The notes under the pieces are model-generated. The model searched no databases, had not been told where the DNA came from, and saw only the letters and a program-made list of their open reading frames with translations. The position numbers and the translations under genes are program-made. Positions 46,995 to 57,189 of a DNA stretch of 64,000 nt are shown one piece after another; the stretch's first letter is position 1, and the number at the start of each line of letters is the position of its first letter. Origin of the DNA: an uncultured Candidatus Poseidoniales archaeon (GTDB lineage: Archaea > Thermoplasmatota > Poseidoniia > Poseidoniales > Poseidoniaceae); the NCBI GenBank assembly GCA_902605365.1, contig CACLCM010000006.1:7121-71120 (forward strand). The letters run 5' to 3'.

Positions 46995-47022
46995 TACAGC
47001 CCTGCGCCGAGTTCATCAAACA

Positions 47023-50000
47023 TCATTCTTCCTCATCGAAAGGAAGAGGTTGATTTCTTCGTACGTTAGCAAGAATTAGCAATAAACCTGCAATAAATAC
47101 CGACAAAACCGCTAGCCCTAACATGGTACTTTGAGAATTTGCAGATTCATCGACTTCATTTTTGACATCAGAAATTGGGATTGGTACAGCTGGTTGATTA
47201 TCTATACGAACCGATAAGCCGAGGTCTCCCTCTTTCCAAGCCTCAATTTCGAAAGTATGACCTGTTTGAGTATTGCCGGTTAAATTGAGGAATAATTGAT
47301 CTAAGGTTTGTCCGTCACCATCCAACAATACAATTTGTGAACTTCCATCGATCAAACCAATATTAGAAATTACAACATCAACCGAAATTATGTCACCGAC
47401 ATTTGGACGATATGGTGTAACTATAATTTCGCCTAAGATTGGCTCATATGCCATCCACTGAATCAAGGTATATATCGGGTCAATATCGCTTGTCCCGCCC
47501 CCTTCTATCGACTGGCCTGAGGCATCGCTTCCATCAAACCAGACTATGATTCCATCACCCTTTCGTAAATCGGATGAAGTGTTCATATCAACGACTGCTG
47601 AGTACAAATTTGACCTGACACTTTCGAATTGTACTGGAATTGTAACACTTCCAGATGTTCCTTCAACCAATCGGCCTTGTCGAATGAAATTCCAATGCAT
47701 CACAATTGGTTCTGAGTTCAATCCGTGACCATCTTGCATAGTAACTTCGATTGGAACTTCATCTAACTCGTCAGAATCTGCAATTACCAAATAGCCACTA
47801 GAAACAGTAATCGTTGGAATAGAATCATCGATAACTACGTCTGCTAAATCCCCAGTACGATTGTGGCCAGGAAGAGAATTAAGGTCAACTAAGACCTTGA
47901 TTTGAGAACCATAGTATGCTGAGTCGAAAACTATTCTATTGGTAGAACTACCGTCACTATTGAAAGAATTAGTGAATACTGTTGAATTGTTATTACCTAT
48001 CAATTGAATGACATATGATGTACTGAACGGCAAATTGTTAGCAGGGATTTCGTAACCCATATGATAGGCTAATACCTCAATATCGACAATGTCTTGGGCT
48101 TGAAGATAGACGACTTTGTCTTCGAAATCTCCTAACGGTGCAACCTTATCTTGAATATCTATTATCTGTAAATCAATTCCACTATGGATAGCCCATGATA
48201 GAACATCGATAGATGTGAAGCCAGCTCCTAATGGGGCATTCTCATCCCAAATTCTCAACGAAGGAGTTTGCTCTAAGGAACCTATGTCTTCCTCTAAATC
48301 CCACCTTAATTCAAAGTCGATTAAAACGTCCCATGTGTTAGTTTGCCAATGTTTGTTAGATTGAATCGAAGGAGGTTTGATGAAACATCCTACGTCATGT
48401 ATTATTTGGCCACTCCATGGAATCCATTCGATATCACATCTATTCTCATCTTTTGCTAAGTCTAAACGGATTGAATCTATCGATTCTATTCCGTTGTCAT
48501 CAGAAATTGTGAAATTAAAGCGGTGTGTATTACCTGGAAGAAGATAATTGTCGACTCTATCAAGGTTCAGAGAGTCACCACTTATCCACGTAGCATACCT
48601 TGGTTGTACGTTTATTCGAGCGTATGGTTCATCAAAATCACCAGCATTTTCAATTGGGTTACCTGCTAAATCATTTCCAACAATGAATACATCTAACCAA
48701 CCTGTTTCTTCACCAGGTAGAGGGACTGATGCCTCATCAATCAATGGTAAATCGATCACAGCAGAAGTAGAACCAAGTGGCGTGAGGAAGTTTATCGATT
48801 CCCATCCACGACCACTCCTATTGTAGAATAATTCCATTGTGGAAGGTAATCCATTATCATCGCTAATATGCAGTTGTAGAGGTATATCTTGCCCCATGTG
48901 CCAGATATGGCCATCTGCCAATTGATTACCCCCTGGTGCATTGACTTCGAGTGCGATTACCTCTGCATTGATAGAATCTAAAACAAATCTAATCTCTTGG
49001 GATGCAGATGTTACATCATTTGCGTTATTGGATTGCTCCTCGCCGATGCCAACGATTGAAGGTATTATTTTCAATTGACTACCACTCATCGATTGTAGAT
49101 TAGGACTGGACATTGTTGTATTAAAAATCCCGAATTCATCAACGGTTACAGAATTAGAAATGACTTCGGTTTCATCGTCAAACATACTTACAATCAAATC
49201 AACATCTTGAGGTAATGGATGAATCCCATTTAATCCAGAAAACCTCACTTCGCCAGAAATTATAATTTCTTGATCGGCTTTAACATTCAATGGCCATAAT
49301 GGGTCTGCGAAGTCATGTAAAGAGCGATTGTCAGACCAAGCCCTCAATTCAATAACTTCGAGGTCGTTAGTAGATGCTGCATGTTGTCCAGAACCTGAAA
49401 TTCCCATTACAGGACCTAAGGAAAAGTTCTCACCATTGATACCGGTAACAAACCAATAAAGTCTAGAGTAGTCATCTAGTAACCATTTTGATTCGAAGGA
49501 CCATGTGACATTTTCTCCATCCCAGCTACTGTTAGTGGAATCAAGAGACAATACTCCTGCTCCGGAGTTCTGGATGAAACGGCCCCCATTCGCAAGGTTA
49601 TCTATCGTCACTTCAGCAATTACTCCTGATAATTGAGGTCCAGTAGATATTTTCAGATTGACCGAATCTAAATCAGGTGTATTTTGTAAAATCTGGTGAT
49701 TTGAAATTGCTTGTTGAGTAAATCCTGGCCTAAAGGTATCATTTGGCAGATCAACCCATGAATCGACTATTGCCTTCTCATGGTCAATTGCTCCATCGAA
49801 TTTCACTCCTCCTCTTTGGGCACTTATCATAACTGGAAGAGTCGATGTGCCATCTTCATTCGGTGTTAGGAAATCAGATAGAGAATGATTCAAGATAATT
49901 GAATGGTTGAAACCTGAAAAATAATTGATTGACAGTAATGAAAAAGATGTGGATTGATTTGCTATGAAAGTAAATCTATACTCGGACATGTGGTGGGAGA

Positions 50001-52971
50001 AGCCAGAGTTGTTTATCCAAGTTAGATTCTCGCTCATCATTGCGGTTTGAGAACCATTCGTGATGAAATTTATTCCCCCGTTGTAGCAATACAAAGTTGC
50101 AACACAGTCCCACGATTTGTCTGTTAAGTTCCTAGCAGGTAGTAGAATTGAGAATTCCAAACTACTGGAATAATTCAATTCAAAACCATGGGCTTCAGAA
50201 ATCTGTGATGGAACGCCATCTACTTCTAAAGAATATAATTCACTAGTGTGATGGAAAGTTCCATTCCATTTCCAATCTAATACTCCATCATCTCCTAAAT
50301 CGATTGCAGGGGTTATCGGTGCACGTAGTGTAATTGGTTCTAATTTGAACCATTCAAATGTCTTTCCTACACCAATGTTTAGTTGGAGTGTAGTTGCTTG
50401 AGCAGGTCCGAAAGAATTTACCAAAACTTGACCACAATTTTTCTCATCCATCGCAGAAGGTTGACTGCCTCCTGATGCTGAAGGATAACCGAGACTCAAA
50501 ATTGGCTCCCTATGTAAAATTGGAGTGAGGCTTGCGGAGGCATTGCCTGCGCAATCTATGATCACATCGCCGTACGGACGCCATGAAGGTAGCTTGACTT
50601 CGAAATTAAATTCAGATGATGAGGGAGCCAAAGAAGGGTCAGTGACCCATTCCGGTATTGATTGAGACATCTGGATTATATCTAGGGTGAGATATTCTGT
50701 TATGCCATGGTGTAGGATTCTTATTCTTGGAGTGATTGTCTCATTATCAGTTGAAAGTTCAACTCTAAACTTTAGATGAGAATACTTCCATGCTGCAATG
50801 TCCAGATTAAATGGTAGTTCCAAATTTTCATGTCCTTCAACCACATTATCGTTTACATCTAGAACATCAACTGTTACAGCCGTACCCTCAGGTACCCAAT
50901 ACAGTGAACTCATTCTCGCCCAACCTGCCTCATCTGCTTCGATTAGCGGACTGACCCAAGTTCCATTTGTCTGGAATCTATCAATCTCTATTCCAGCGTC
51001 ATCGATGTACCAGCCATCTTCTTCAATATAGGCGTCGGAGAAGAATGAAAACCTGATTTGAACATTATTTCCCGCTAGGCTAGATATGTCACCACTAACG
51101 CGGCTGAAAGTATGGTTTACATTCGATGTACCGCAGCCATTGTTCACGGTTGAACCATCAAAAATACCGTGACCGTAGAATGGAGAATTAGAATTCACTT
51201 GGGATAATCTCTCGTAGAATCCTGTGATATTATCACCAAAGTGTTGCCAGGTTATTCCCTCATCTATCGAGGTGAAGATTGCTCCCCCATCCCATGCAGC
51301 CTCGGTGCAAACCCAATGACTGAATGTTAATCTAGCTGAAGAGCCAATAGGGATGTGATAGATTGGAGACACTAAATGTGAATATATATTGTTGGAATAA
51401 ACACCGTCAAGGCTGATCCCCATTCCTTTATTTCCACTAGGCCATGCTGTAGAATTGGGGCCATAACCTGCTGCATTAGAAATGGCTCCAGTCTCCCAAG
51501 GAGTGTTACCTCTTTCATGCTCTACACGCCAACCTGATGGTAGAAGTTGTACTGATTCAAAGGATTCAGATTCAGACCATGGGCCATTATGTCCTTCCCA
51601 GGTGATATATTGCCAATCATTTGCATAACCTTGTACTGAAAGTGAAGTTGTTGTAGACGAGTCACTGAAATTTTCCAATAGACTCGATTTCATATTCGGG
51701 GAGCCAACTGAAGAAAGTACTCTCAAGTCATCTATCATTATTCCCTCCCAGCCATCAATAGCACTACCTCCGTGATTCTTGACACCGTCAGTGGTCACTC
51801 TAAATTTCAGCAAAGCATGAGACGCGTTGACGTGTCCTGCTGCCCATGAAGGGAATGGGTGCTGAACATCTCGCCAACCGTATGTTTGTTGATTGTAAGT
51901 TGTACCTCCAGATGGAATCCCTAGACCCGGCACACCCGGAAGTGGACTCATTACAGTCCACGTGGTGTTGTTATCCAGTGAAATCATAACTACCATGTTA
52001 TCATTATAATCGCCTTCAATATCCCAATTGGATGAATATACAAATTCTAGTGGAGCTGCATATCCTGACAAATTTATTGGCACAATAATTGAGCCATCTG
52101 CATTTACTGAATATTGACCGCTAGAGTTTCCATGAAACCATGCACCCAATGGTTCACCTTGATTTGACAAATTGAATGAATCGATGAACAAGCCAATATC
52201 GCTACCGGAATTATTAGATGTTGTAACAAGATAACGGAACCCGATATTTGTAGCGTTTTGAATATAGGAATCAAGAGAATATGCTTCACTTACCCAATTA
52301 GACGAATTACCTGTCCAATTATCAAGGTCCTGCCAATTTTGACCATTGTCGATGGAATACTGAATCTGGGCATCATCTGTGCTATCGAATGAATTCCAGC
52401 GGTCGAAAGTCAGGTTGAAGTTTTTTACAACATCAGGGATGGGCCAAAATTTTGAACGAATGTATCCTTGTGAACCAGGAGGAATTGACCCATTACTTCC
52501 TGCAACCATATGCCCCGAGGTTGCATTGGTTGGACCATAGGCTACATTCGAGAGGTTTACTGGCAACCATATTTCATCACCGTGTGGAGCCCAAGTAGTA
52601 AATTGAGGAGTACTGGTTTCAAAATCGGTCATTTGACCGTAACTGGACTGTGTTGCTAAAGTTAGGTCTCCGTTAGAATTGAGGGAGGAAGTCCCGTTTG
52701 ATATCCCTACAGAAAAGCCACCTTGTGCATCTGGCGCCCAATATGTTCCATTATCTCCAGCTTCAACCCATTCCGGTTCTATCTCAAAGTTGGAATCTGT
52801 TATAGTGAAATTAGAAGGGACGATGAACCCATCATAAGTTGAGTTAGAAGGATCTAAACTCCAGGAATCCGGTGATGAACTGGGCCCTTGCCACACAGAA
52901 GTATCCGCTGCTGCCCATGGTGTGAGCAGCATTAGAATTGTGAGGAGTAATGCCTGTCTAATTGGGTCCAC
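47023..52971 (-). CDS. Giant (about 1980 aa) membrane-anchored surface protein with three MAM/choice-of-anchor-J-like jelly-roll repeats and a C-terminal CARDB-like Ig domain
   Basis: Signal peptide; three S.D.G..W...G..IDD-type repeats; many NxS/T sequons; VVISNIGLIDG; C-terminal TM. The start may be GTG 52971 (fits promoter spacing) or ATG 52986. Confidence 0.8.
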   Translation of the reverse strand: MDPIRQALLLTILMLLTPWAAADTSVWQGPSSSPDSWSLDPSNSTYDGFIVPSNFTITDSNFEIEPEWVEAGDNGTYWAPDAQGGFSVGISNGTSSLNSNGDLTLATQSSYGQMTDFETSTPQFTTWAPHGDEIWLPVNLSNVAYGPTNATSGHMVAGSNGSIPPGSQGYIRSKFWPIPDVVKNFNLTFDRWNSFDSTDDAQIQYSIDNGQNWQDLDNWTGNSSNWVSEAYSLDSYIQNATNIGFRYLVTTSNNSGSDIGLFIDSFNLSNQGEPLGAWFHGNSSGQYSVNADGSIIVPINLSGYAAPLEFVYSSNWDIEGDYNDNMVVMISLDNNTTWTVMSPLPGVPGLGIPSGGTTYNQQTYGWRDVQHPFPSWAAGHVNASHALLKFRVTTDGVKNHGGSAIDGWEGIMIDDLRVLSSVGSPNMKSSLLENFSDSSTTTSLSVQGYANDWQYITWEGHNGPWSESESFESVQLLPSGWRVEHERGNTPWETGAISNAAGYGPNSTAWPSGNKGMGISLDGVYSNNIYSHLVSPIYHIPIGSSARLTFSHWVCTEAAWDGGAIFTSIDEGITWQHFGDNITGFYERLSQVNSNSPFYGHGIFDGSTVNNGCGTSNVNHTFSRVSGDISSLAGNNVQIRFSFFSDAYIEEDGWYIDDAGIEIDRFQTNGTWVSPLIEADEAGWARMSSLYWVPEGTAVTVDVLDVNDNVVEGHENLELPFNLDIAAWKYSHLKFRVELSTDNETITPRIRILHHGITEYLTLDIIQMSQSIPEWVTDPSLAPSSSEFNFEVKLPSWRPYGDVIIDCAGNASASLTPILHREPILSLGYPSASGGSQPSAMDEKNCGQVLVNSFGPAQATTLQLNIGVGKTFEWFKLEPITLRAPITPAIDLGDDGVLDWKWNGTFHHTSELYSLEVDGVPSQISEAHGFELNYSSSLEFSILLPARNLTDKSWDCVATLYCYNGGINFITNGSQTAMMSENLTWINNSGFSHHMSEYRFTFIANQSTSFSLLSINYFSGFNHSIILNHSLSDFLTPNEDGTSTLPVMISAQRGGVKFDGAIDHEKAIVDSWVDLPNDTFRPGFTQQAISNHQILQNTPDLDSVNLKISTGPQLSGVIAEVTIDNLANGGRFIQNSGAGVLSLDSTNSSWDGENVTWSFESKWLLDDYSRLYWFVTGINGENFSLGPVMGISGSGQHAASTNDLEVIELRAWSDNRSLHDFADPLWPLNVKADQEIIISGEVRFSGLNGIHPLPQDVDLIVSMFDDETEVISNSVTVDEFGIFNTTMSSPNLQSMSGSQLKIIPSIVGIGEEQSNNANDVTSASQEIRFVLDSINAEVIALEVNAPGGNQLADGHIWHMGQDIPLQLHISDDNGLPSTMELFYNRSGRGWESINFLTPLGSTSAVIDLPLIDEASVPLPGEETGWLDVFIVGNDLAGNPIENAGDFDEPYARINVQPRYATWISGDSLNLDRVDNYLLPGNTHRFNFTISDDNGIESIDSIRLDLAKDENRCDIEWIPWSGQIIHDVGCFIKPPSIQSNKHWQTNTWDVLIDFELRWDLEEDIGSLEQTPSLRIWDENAPLGAGFTSIDVLSWAIHSGIDLQIIDIQDKVAPLGDFEDKVVYLQAQDIVDIEVLAYHMGYEIPANNLPFSTSYVIQLIGNNNSTVFTNSFNSDGSSTNRIVFDSAYYGSQIKVLVDLNSLPGHNRTGDLADVVIDDSIPTITVSSGYLVIADSDELDEVPIEVTMQDGHGLNSEPIVMHWNFIRQGRLVEGTSGSVTIPVQFESVRSNLYSAVVDMNTSSDLRKGDGIIVWFDGSDASGQSIEGGGTSDIDPIYTLIQWMAYEPILGEIIVTPYRPNVGDIISVDVVISNIGLIDGSSQIVLLDGDGQTLDQLFLNLTGNTQTGHTFEIEAWKEGDLGLSVRIDNQPAVPIPISDVKNEVDESANSQSTMLGLAVLSVFIAGLLLILANVRRNQPLPFDEEE

Positions 52972-53069
52972 CGTCGGTGGACCCATGGTCGGTGGGTTTG
53001 AATCTTCGTCTATGATGTTTCGACATCGCGGCTGAAGGGTTGATAGATGGCCCGCGCCACGTAAGGAGT

Positions 53070-54068
53070 ATGGCCGAGCGGACCTTCCTCAATCCAACTC
53101 AAGCCAAAGAGGTTGAGGAGCAGTTATTCTCAACCCTAAGGCAACAGGTTGGAAGGAGTGTCCCTATGCCCCTTCCTAGGCAAGACTTCTGGTTAAAGGT
53201 CGGTCAATTGCTCGATACAGTCGAGATGGAAATCCACGAAGTATACCGCACAGTGGGCCCTTCTCTGAAGATGCAGACTATTCAAAAAAGGCAAGCGAAT
53301 ATCCGCAGAACCGCTTCAGAACTAGCGAGAAAGCGCCTTGTGGCAATGATGCAACATTCGGCAAGCAAGGAGTTGAGAACAGAAGGTAGTTCCCTAGCAC
53401 AAGAACTTCCAAATCTAGACTGGTCCCGACACGATCCTGCGGAAAGAGAATTTTATGCAAATGCTACAGAACAGGTTAATCGGTTCAAACAATCGATTAA
53501 TTGGAATGCTATGCAAATGGGCCTCGCTGCTGAAGAGTTATCACAGAATTTCAAAATGGAAGCGGGAACTACACAGTTGGATTCCTTCGTTCCTGATAGT
53601 GGTGGCCTTACAGGTCAAGGACCACCAAGCATTGCCCTTGAAGAGAATTCTAAGCCGCTACCTGATGCTGAAATTGACGAGGAAGAGGAATTGGCTAAAG
53701 CAGATGCTTACCCTGAATTAGAGGGTGTGCAATCGGTTGAAGAGCGGCCTATTGCCACTTCGATGGCAGAAGGTAGCAACCATGCAGCAGCAATGGAATT
53801 GGCACCTTCTAAGAAGAAAGAAGAGATGGATTTTGATGCTTGGGCTGCGGCTGAAGCAGTTGCGGATGAACCAGTAGAAGTCGTTGAAGAGTATTCAGAG
53901 CCAGTAGATAGTCAACTACTGAGAGTTAGAGTATTGCAATCAATGGATGACCCAATCATTACCGCTGATGGTGAAATCGAATTAGGGGCCGGAGATATTT
54001 TGTTCTTAGATGAAGCTACAGCAAACTACCTGGTAGATTCTGGTGTCGCTGAAAATGCGGCACTATGA
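53070..54068 (+). CDS. DNA replication GINS subunit (Gins15/Gins51 type)
   Basis: N-terminal helical A-domain (LPRQDFW...ELARKRL), long acidic linker, and C-terminal B-domain VRVLQ...DGEIELGAGDILFL...ANYLVDSGVAE. Confidence 0.72.
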   Translation: MAERTFLNPTQAKEVEEQLFSTLRQQVGRSVPMPLPRQDFWLKVGQLLDTVEMEIHEVYRTVGPSLKMQTIQKRQANIRRTASELARKRLVAMMQHSASKELRTEGSSLAQELPNLDWSRHDPAEREFYANATEQVNRFKQSINWNAMQMGLAAEELSQNFKMEAGTTQLDSFVPDSGGLTGQGPPSIALEENSKPLPDAEIDEEEELAKADAYPELEGVQSVEERPIATSMAEGSNHAAAMELAPSKKKEEMDFDAWAAAEAVADEPVEVVEEYSEPVDSQLLRVRVLQSMDDPIITADGEIELGAGDILFLDEATANYLVDSGVAENAAL

Positions 54069-54097
54069 AATTGCAATTTCAGATTGAAATTGTAAAT

Positions 54098-54143
54098 AAA
54101 AAAATGATGAGTAGACAGCAAGGTGTAACTTGCTGTCCACTCA
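54098..54143 (-). terminator. Stem-loop plus U-tract terminator of the tuf-rps10 operon
   Basis: 15-bp stem (54108-54122 / 54129-54143) whose single mismatch is a G-U pair only on the minus strand, followed by a T7 tract. Confidence 0.75.
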
Positions 54144-54183
54144 CCGAGGTTAGCGTAAACGCCTCTAGTCCTAAGGACTAGTT

Positions 54184-54513
54184 TCAGTTCATCGAGCGCA
54201 TCGATAATTCGATGCTCACGGTGTCAGGAATTGGGATTCGAGCGACCTGTCTTAGAGCGCTTTCGTCTTTTCCGCTGGTGATATCCATCTCGAGAAGACG
54301 CTTGTGAATTCGCATCTCCCAATGATCGTATGTCTCGCTTCCTTCACCATCAGGCGCTTTGCGGACTGGTACCACAAGACGACGTGTTGGTAGTGGAATT
54401 GGACCACGTAGACTGATTCCGCCGTTGTCACAGATTGTCTTAATCTGAGTAGCAACTGCATCGATATCTCGATGGTTCTCTCCTGTTAACTTGATGATGG
54501 TCACTGCTGCCAT
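54184..54513 (-). CDS. rps10: 30S ribosomal protein S10 (uS10)
   Basis: GPIPLPTRRL, RKAPDGEGSET and WEMRIHKRL motifs; GAGGTGA SD. Confidence 0.96.
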   Translation of the reverse strand: MAAVTIIKLTGENHRDIDAVATQIKTICDNGGISLRGPIPLPTRRLVVPVRKAPDGEGSETYDHWEMRIHKRLLEMDITSGKDESALRQVARIPIPDTVSIELSMRSMN

Positions 54514-54556
54514 GATATTCACCTCTCTTCCATTCGGATCTTAATCCAGTCGGAAC

Positions 54557-55855
54557 TCAAGCCTTTTTCTCTATCTTCATACAGACACCAGCCGCGACGG
54601 TCTTACCCATGTCACGGATAGCGAAGCGAGACAATTCAGGGAATGTTTTCATGTCCTCAATTGCCATTGGCTTAGTAGGCTGGAAGCGAACTAGACAAGC
54701 GTCACCAGACTTCAAGAAACTAGGGTTAGCTTCTTTTCCGTTCTTGTTTGTCTTCTCTAGAAGTTCCATGAACTTGACAGCGACTTGTGCTGTGTGTGCG
54801 TGGAATACAGGTGTGTAACCAACCGATACTGCCTTTGGAATGTCCATAAGCTGAATCTGTCCAACGAAGTGTTCGTCGTGACGAACGAATGTTGGTGCTG
54901 AGTCGGTGTATCCTGCAACGTCACCACGGCGGATTTCATCAGCAGCCAGTCCACGAACGTTGAATCCAACGTTGTCTCCAGGTTCTGCCTTAGGTACCAT
55001 TGTGTGGTGCATCTCGATTGACTTGACTTCAGCGGACTTCTGTGATGGGTTGAACATTACAGTCTTACCAACGTTTAGAGTTCCGGTTTCAATCTTACCA
55101 ACTGGCACTGTACCAATACCGGAGATCTTGTAGACATCCTGAACTGGTAGGCGAAGTGGCTTGTCAATTGGCTTGTTTGGCATCTGTGCAGCGTCAATAG
55201 CCTCGAATAGTGTAGGACCATTGTACCAAGAACACTTGTCGGACTTAGTATAGACGTTGTCGCCGTTAAGGCTTGATGCTGGAATCATTGGAATACGGTC
55301 AAGTTGCTTAGCGAAACCTGCAGTCTTCAACAAGTTAGTAACTTGCTCACATGCAGCCTTGTACTTGTCTTCGGACCAGTCAACACCAGAAATATCCATC
55401 TTGTTAACGTGAATGATTAACTCAGCAACACCCAGTACCTTAGCAAGGAATGCGTGCTCCTTAGTCTGAGCGTTTACACCATCGTTTGCTGCACATAGTA
55501 GAACTGCTGTGTCAGCTTGGCTAGCACCAGTAATCATGTTCTTTACGAAGTCACGGTGACCTGGAGCATCAATGATAGTCCAGTAGTACTTAGGTGTAAA
55601 GAATTCTTTGTGTGCGACGTCGATTGTGATACCGCGCTCTCTCTCTTCCTTTAGACCGTCCATGACGTAAGCAAGACCGAATCCAGCCTTACCGGACTCA
55701 GCAGCGAGTTTTTCGTTCTTTTCAATAACGTGTTCTTCGATGTGACCGGAGTCCAAAAGAAGACGACCAACAGTGGTCGACTTTCCGTGATCTACGTGTC
55801 CAATAAACACAATATTGCGGTGTGGTTTGCTCTTATCTTCCCATTGAGATCCCAT
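54557..55855 (-). CDS. tuf: Translation elongation factor aEF-1alpha
   Basis: [38 protein letters not shown] and [10 protein letters not shown] motifs. Confidence 0.97.
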   Translation of the reverse strand: MGSQWEDKSKPHRNIVFIGHVDHGKSTTVGRLLLDSGHIEEHVIEKNEKLAAESGKAGFGLAYVMDGLKEERERGITIDVAHKEFFTPKYYWTIIDAPGHRDFVKNMITGASQADTAVLLCAANDGVNAQTKEHAFLAKVLGVAELIIHVNKMDISGVDWSEDKYKAACEQVTNLLKTAGFAKQLDRIPMIPASSLNGDNVYTKSDKCSWYNGPTLFEAIDAAQMPNKPIDKPLRLPVQDVYKISGIGTVPVGKIETGTLNVGKTVMFNPSQKSAEVKSIEMHHTMVPKAEPGDNVGFNVRGLAADEIRRGDVAGYTDSAPTFVRHDEHFVGQIQLMDIPKAVSVGYTPVFHAHTAQVAVKFMELLEKTNKNGKEANPSFLKSGDACLVRFQPTKPMAIEDMKTFPELSRFAIRDMGKTVAAGVCMKIEKKA

Positions 55856-55964
55856 ATTGCTCTCTCCTTTGCAACTTGCCGACATTCCACCCCTATTTGA
55901 AGACCGCGACGCGGATGAGGCTTGAATCAGTAAGAAAACTGGTGACTGAATAGCGCCCAGTGCC

Positions 55965-57134
55965 TCATTTGTAGATTAAGCGGATAATTAGGGATTCAAC
56001 TTCTAGGTCGTTTACCTTTTCATTGCGTAAAGTCATGGTCCACTCGCCGTCCTTCCATTGAGACTCACTGAAGTGATAGGAGCCTGTAAACTGCAGCCAT
56101 ACACAATCAGTGTCTGAATCACAATCTCCACTTTGGCGCTGGTCCAATCCCATTGCACTAGTATTTCCTGCTTCTTCATCTGTAGAGTTGAACCCGTAAA
56201 GATCTAATTTGGCTCGGCAATTATTAGCACCTGGAACATTGGTACAATCACCATCTTCTTTCAGATAGACCAATTCTCCAACCGCACGACGGATTGTATT
56301 TCCTGAATCAAGGTCCTGACTTGCAGGGAACGAGAAATCAATATCTATCGGGCTGTTAGAATTATTACCAGCTATTGCAAAGTCATTCCACTTAGCGACG
56401 TAATTAACGTAAACTACAACCTCATCAGTATTACTCAAACCTGCGCCATTAGTTACTGTTAATGCAATTTTATACTCTCCCGCTAAGACTTCTTTCCATT
56501 CAACAGTCTCGCCGGTAAGGTCTGCGTCATTCTTCGAATCGCCATCACCATCTTCATCGCGTTCAAGGTCTAGGTCCCAATCCCACGAAGAAATATATTC
56601 ATCTGAACTACCACCATCTGAATTTGAACCGTCTAGATAGATGGTTGTAGTTGCCAGTAGGTTCTTGTTAGAAGTACTCTTATCCATCTCACAAATGTAA
56701 GTCAAATAGTAACTTCCCGAATTTACGCTATCTCCGTCACAATCACTCATTGGTGAATCTGAACCTGCATCGGCAGTAGGGTCTACAGCATCTGCATCGA
56801 TTACCTTGACTGTACGGGATTGTGAATTTGAATTAGTCCCGTCTGAAACTGTAAGTTTGACTTCGTAACTACCTGCGTCTGGATAAGACCAGGTGACTGT
56901 TCGTCCCGTGTCATCATAAGCACCATCACTATCAAAATCCCACTTGTAGGTAAGTGATGCACCAGAAGGAAGAGAAGCTCCCCCATCAAAATCAATATCC
57001 ATGCCTGTTCTGATGTTCTTAGCAGGGTCGTAATCGAATATCGCTTCGACAGCAGAAGAGGATGCTTCGTCATCAGACATGCACCCAGCGAGGCTGGCTG
57101 AGATGAACAACAGGGCCATTAAAATAGGTTTCAT
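55965..57134 (-). CDS. PKD-domain putative lipoprotein
   Basis: LAGC lipobox; FDGGAS...YKWDFD...[12 protein letters not shown] and a second PKD-like repeat. Confidence 0.85.
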   Translation of the reverse strand: MKPILMALLFISASLAGCMSDDEASSSAVEAIFDYDPAKNIRTGMDIDFDGGASLPSGASLTYKWDFDSDGAYDDTGRTVTWSYPDAGSYEVKLTVSDGTNSNSQSRTVKVIDADAVDPTADAGSDSPMSDCDGDSVNSGSYYLTYICEMDKSTSNKNLLATTTIYLDGSNSDGGSSDEYISSWDWDLDLERDEDGDGDSKNDADLTGETVEWKEVLAGEYKIALTVTNGAGLSNTDEVVVYVNYVAKWNDFAIAGNNSNSPIDIDFSFPASQDLDSGNTIRRAVGELVYLKEDGDCTNVPGANNCRAKLDLYGFNSTDEEAGNTSAMGLDQRQSGDCDSDTDCVWLQFTGSYHFSESQWKDGEWTMTLRNEKVNDLEVESLIIRLIYK

Positions 57135-57189
57135 CACTATAGCGAGAAGACATAGTACCATTCAACCCTTGCCCTTCTTGACCCATCAA

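Noticed and set aside
54104..54147. Box C/D sRNA (ATGATGA...CCGA)
   Set aside because: The interior is one long hairpin with no guide regions or C'/D' boxes, and a minus-strand terminator explains it better.
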